DNA from: a virus
Taxonomy: Duplodnaviria; Caudoviricetes
Direction: 5' to 3' (one strand)
Virus record (IMG/VR): IMGVR_UViG_3300048599_000066
Location: 1-44,968 of that record
Length of the DNA: 44,968 nt
Shown here: one piece after another, positions 43,598-44,968 of the stretch
How the letters are laid out: each line of letters opens with the position of its first letter
Position numbering within the stretch: the stretch's first letter is position 1
Notes under the pieces: model-generated
Seen by the model: the letters and a program-made list of their open reading frames with translations, nothing else
What the model was told of the DNA's origin: nothing
Database searches by the model: none
Position numbers and translations under genes: made by a program

Positions 43598-43849
43598 TCA
43601 CGCCACCGCCTGCATTGCGGGGCCGTACTTGGCGCGGCGGTGCTCAACGTCGCAGAGCGTGATCTGGAAATCCCACGCGGTTGCGCCGGCTACGTCCTCG
43701 CCGCGATCCACCGCGCGCTGGAAGCTTTCGTAGCGATCGATCCACTTGGCGTGTTCACGATCGCAAAAGGCGCGGCGGGCCGCGTCGTTCGGCAGCGTGG
43801 CCAGATGGGAGTCCAGCCGTTGGCGATATTTTTCACATTTGTCGATCAT
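43598..43849 (-). CDS. Hypothetical protein
   Basis: GGAG RBS; MIDKCEKYRQRLD... Confidence 0.6.
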   Translation of the reverse strand: MIDKCEKYRQRLDSHLATLPNDAARRAFCDREHAKWIDRYESFQRAVDRGEDVAGATAWDFQITLCDVEHRRAKYGPAMQAVA

Positions 43850-44504
43850 GTTTTGCTCCAACTTTTCCAGACGGGGTCTCGACGGCGCGCTCAACGGACC
43901 AGTTGAACCGACTGATCCGACTGGCGGCGACCCCTCGACTGGTTTTGCCTGCTCGCCGCACGGCTTCCGCCAGCGACATTTGCTCGCCGCGATAGGTGAC
44001 TATGTTGTTGTGCCTGGAATTATTGTTCTGTTCGGTGCGCGTGGCCCAACGACAATTCCCCGGCTCATAGTTGCTGTCATTATTCTTGCGGTCGATTGAG
44101 TGCCCATCGGGACAAACACCCATGTCCGCGTAGAAATTTTCAAAATTCCGCCAACGTTCGCAGACGGAAATTCCACGCCCGCCGTAGTTCTCATAGTTGG
44201 CTGCTTTTTGATTTGTGCAGCGTCGCAACATGCCGGACCAAATCCGATATTCGCGGCTGTTGGATTTTCCGTGGCTGGTTAAGCGAGCCTTCAGTTGATC
44301 GCGATGCAGACACCCGCAGGAGCGGGTATCACCGTTCCGAAGGTAAGCGAACGCCACGACTTTTTCGGTGCCGCAATCACATTGAACACGCACGAGTCGG
44401 TGACGGGCACTTGTGCGGCCAGCTTCCTCGACCACGCGCAAACGCCCGTATCGCGCACTATGAGTGCGGTAGCGTTCGCAGGGTCCGGGCTGGGGAGCGG
44501 TCAT
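43833..44504 (-). CDS. HNH homing endonuclease
   Basis: YGRLRV..CDCG..TRSCGC..YGGRGISVCERW..SIDRKNND..YEPGNCRWAT..QNNN. Confidence 0.9.
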   Translation of the reverse strand: MTAPQPGPCERYRTHSARYGRLRVVEEAGRTSARHRLVRVQCDCGTEKVVAFAYLRNGDTRSCGCLHRDQLKARLTSHGKSNSREYRIWSGMLRRCTNQKAANYENYGGRGISVCERWRNFENFYADMGVCPDGHSIDRKNNDSNYEPGNCRWATRTEQNNNSRHNNIVTYRGEQMSLAEAVRRAGKTSRGVAASRISRFNWSVERAVETPSGKVGAKHDRQM

Positions 44505-44968
44505 GCTGCGATATCCTCGGCTACGATTGGCAAAATGCGCCGGCCATACGCCATGCGCTCAAGATGATCGAGGATGGCGAAGGTCTCATCGCCCAGCGCC
44601 GTGCCGCCGCGTGTGCGCCGCCAATGCGAGCGGGCTTCGTCAAAGGATGCAAAATTCCTGCACCCGGCCTTGATCCGCAAACCTTCGGTCTTGAACGCGG
44701 TCAGAAAGAAGCGAAAACCATCGGATCGCAGGCCGCCGTCGATAATGGGCTGACCCGCGAGATAGGCACGCGCGAGATCGGCACGCGCGAGATCGGCACC
44801 CGCTAGATTGGCATCCGCGAGATTGGCACCCGCGAGATAGGCACCCGCGAGATAGGCACCCGCGAGATTGGCACGCGCGAGATCGGCACCCGCTAGATTG
44901 GCATCCGCGAGATAGGCACCCGCGAGATAGGCACCCGCGAGATAGGCACGCCAGAGATCGGCACACGC
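44501..44968 (-). CDS. Pentapeptide-repeat protein, C-terminal part (DUF5758-like tail)
   Basis: A(Y/N/D)LA(G/D/R) repeats, then GLRSDGFRFFL..IKAGCRNF..EARSHW..EDIAA*. Confidence 0.85.
   Translation of the reverse strand, partial: ACADLWRAYLAGAYLAGAYLADANLAGADLARANLAGAYLAGAYLAGANLADANLAGADLARADLARAYLAGQPIIDGGLRSDGFRFFLTAFKTEGLRIKAGCRNFASFDEARSHWRRTRGGTALGDETFAILDHLERMAYGRRILPIVAEDIAA
44754..44968. repeat. 15-bp tandem repeat array (also at 1-70)
   Basis: Units of the form GAGAT(T/A/C)GGCA(C/T)(C/G)CGC at both contig ends. Confidence 0.95.

Noticed and set aside
34944-43606. 15-bp inverted match GTGGCGTGACATGGA (34944-34958 versus 43592-43606)
   Set aside because: A match of this length is expected by chance in 45 kb and the two sites share no context
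44754-44968. CRISPR array or DGR template/variable repeat
   Set aside because: The units are contiguous 15-mers with no spacers and encode pentapeptide repeats; no cas or reverse transcriptase gene is present

Overview
This window is an essentially complete (~45 kb) temperate, P22-like podophage genome, most likely of an alphaproteobacterial host (Rhizobiales/Bradyrhizobium-like, inferred from GcrA- and CtrA-like genes). The circular contig is broken inside a pentapeptide-repeat gene that spans the 44968/1 junction. Layout: lambdoid cI/cro switch with pL, pR and four operators (230-1200); early right operon (RNA ligase, GcrA-like, DnaA domain IV-like, CtrA/OmpR-like wHTH, RusA, Rha, replication initiator with ori, Q-like regulator); a late promoter followed by densely structured non-coding sequence (7250-7900); terminase, portal, head-spike base, scaffold and coat; two glycosyltransferase-like genes inside the head operon; adaptor, gp10, ejection proteins and fibres; lysis cassette (two-catalytic-domain endolysin, LysB-like esterase, holin, spanins); protease/nuclease/HNH genes; an IS1595 element with passengers; and a minus-strand early left operon (HNH, ERF, YqaJ, SSB, Acb2/Tad1-like sponge, xis/int, attP, cytosine methylase, many small ORFs). 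Main leads: candidate novel structured ncRNAs, a virion-glycosylation cassette, a cell-cycle regulator mimic triad, and gene cassettes flanked by duplicated start regions. All family calls come from motif recognition by eye; no database search was run.
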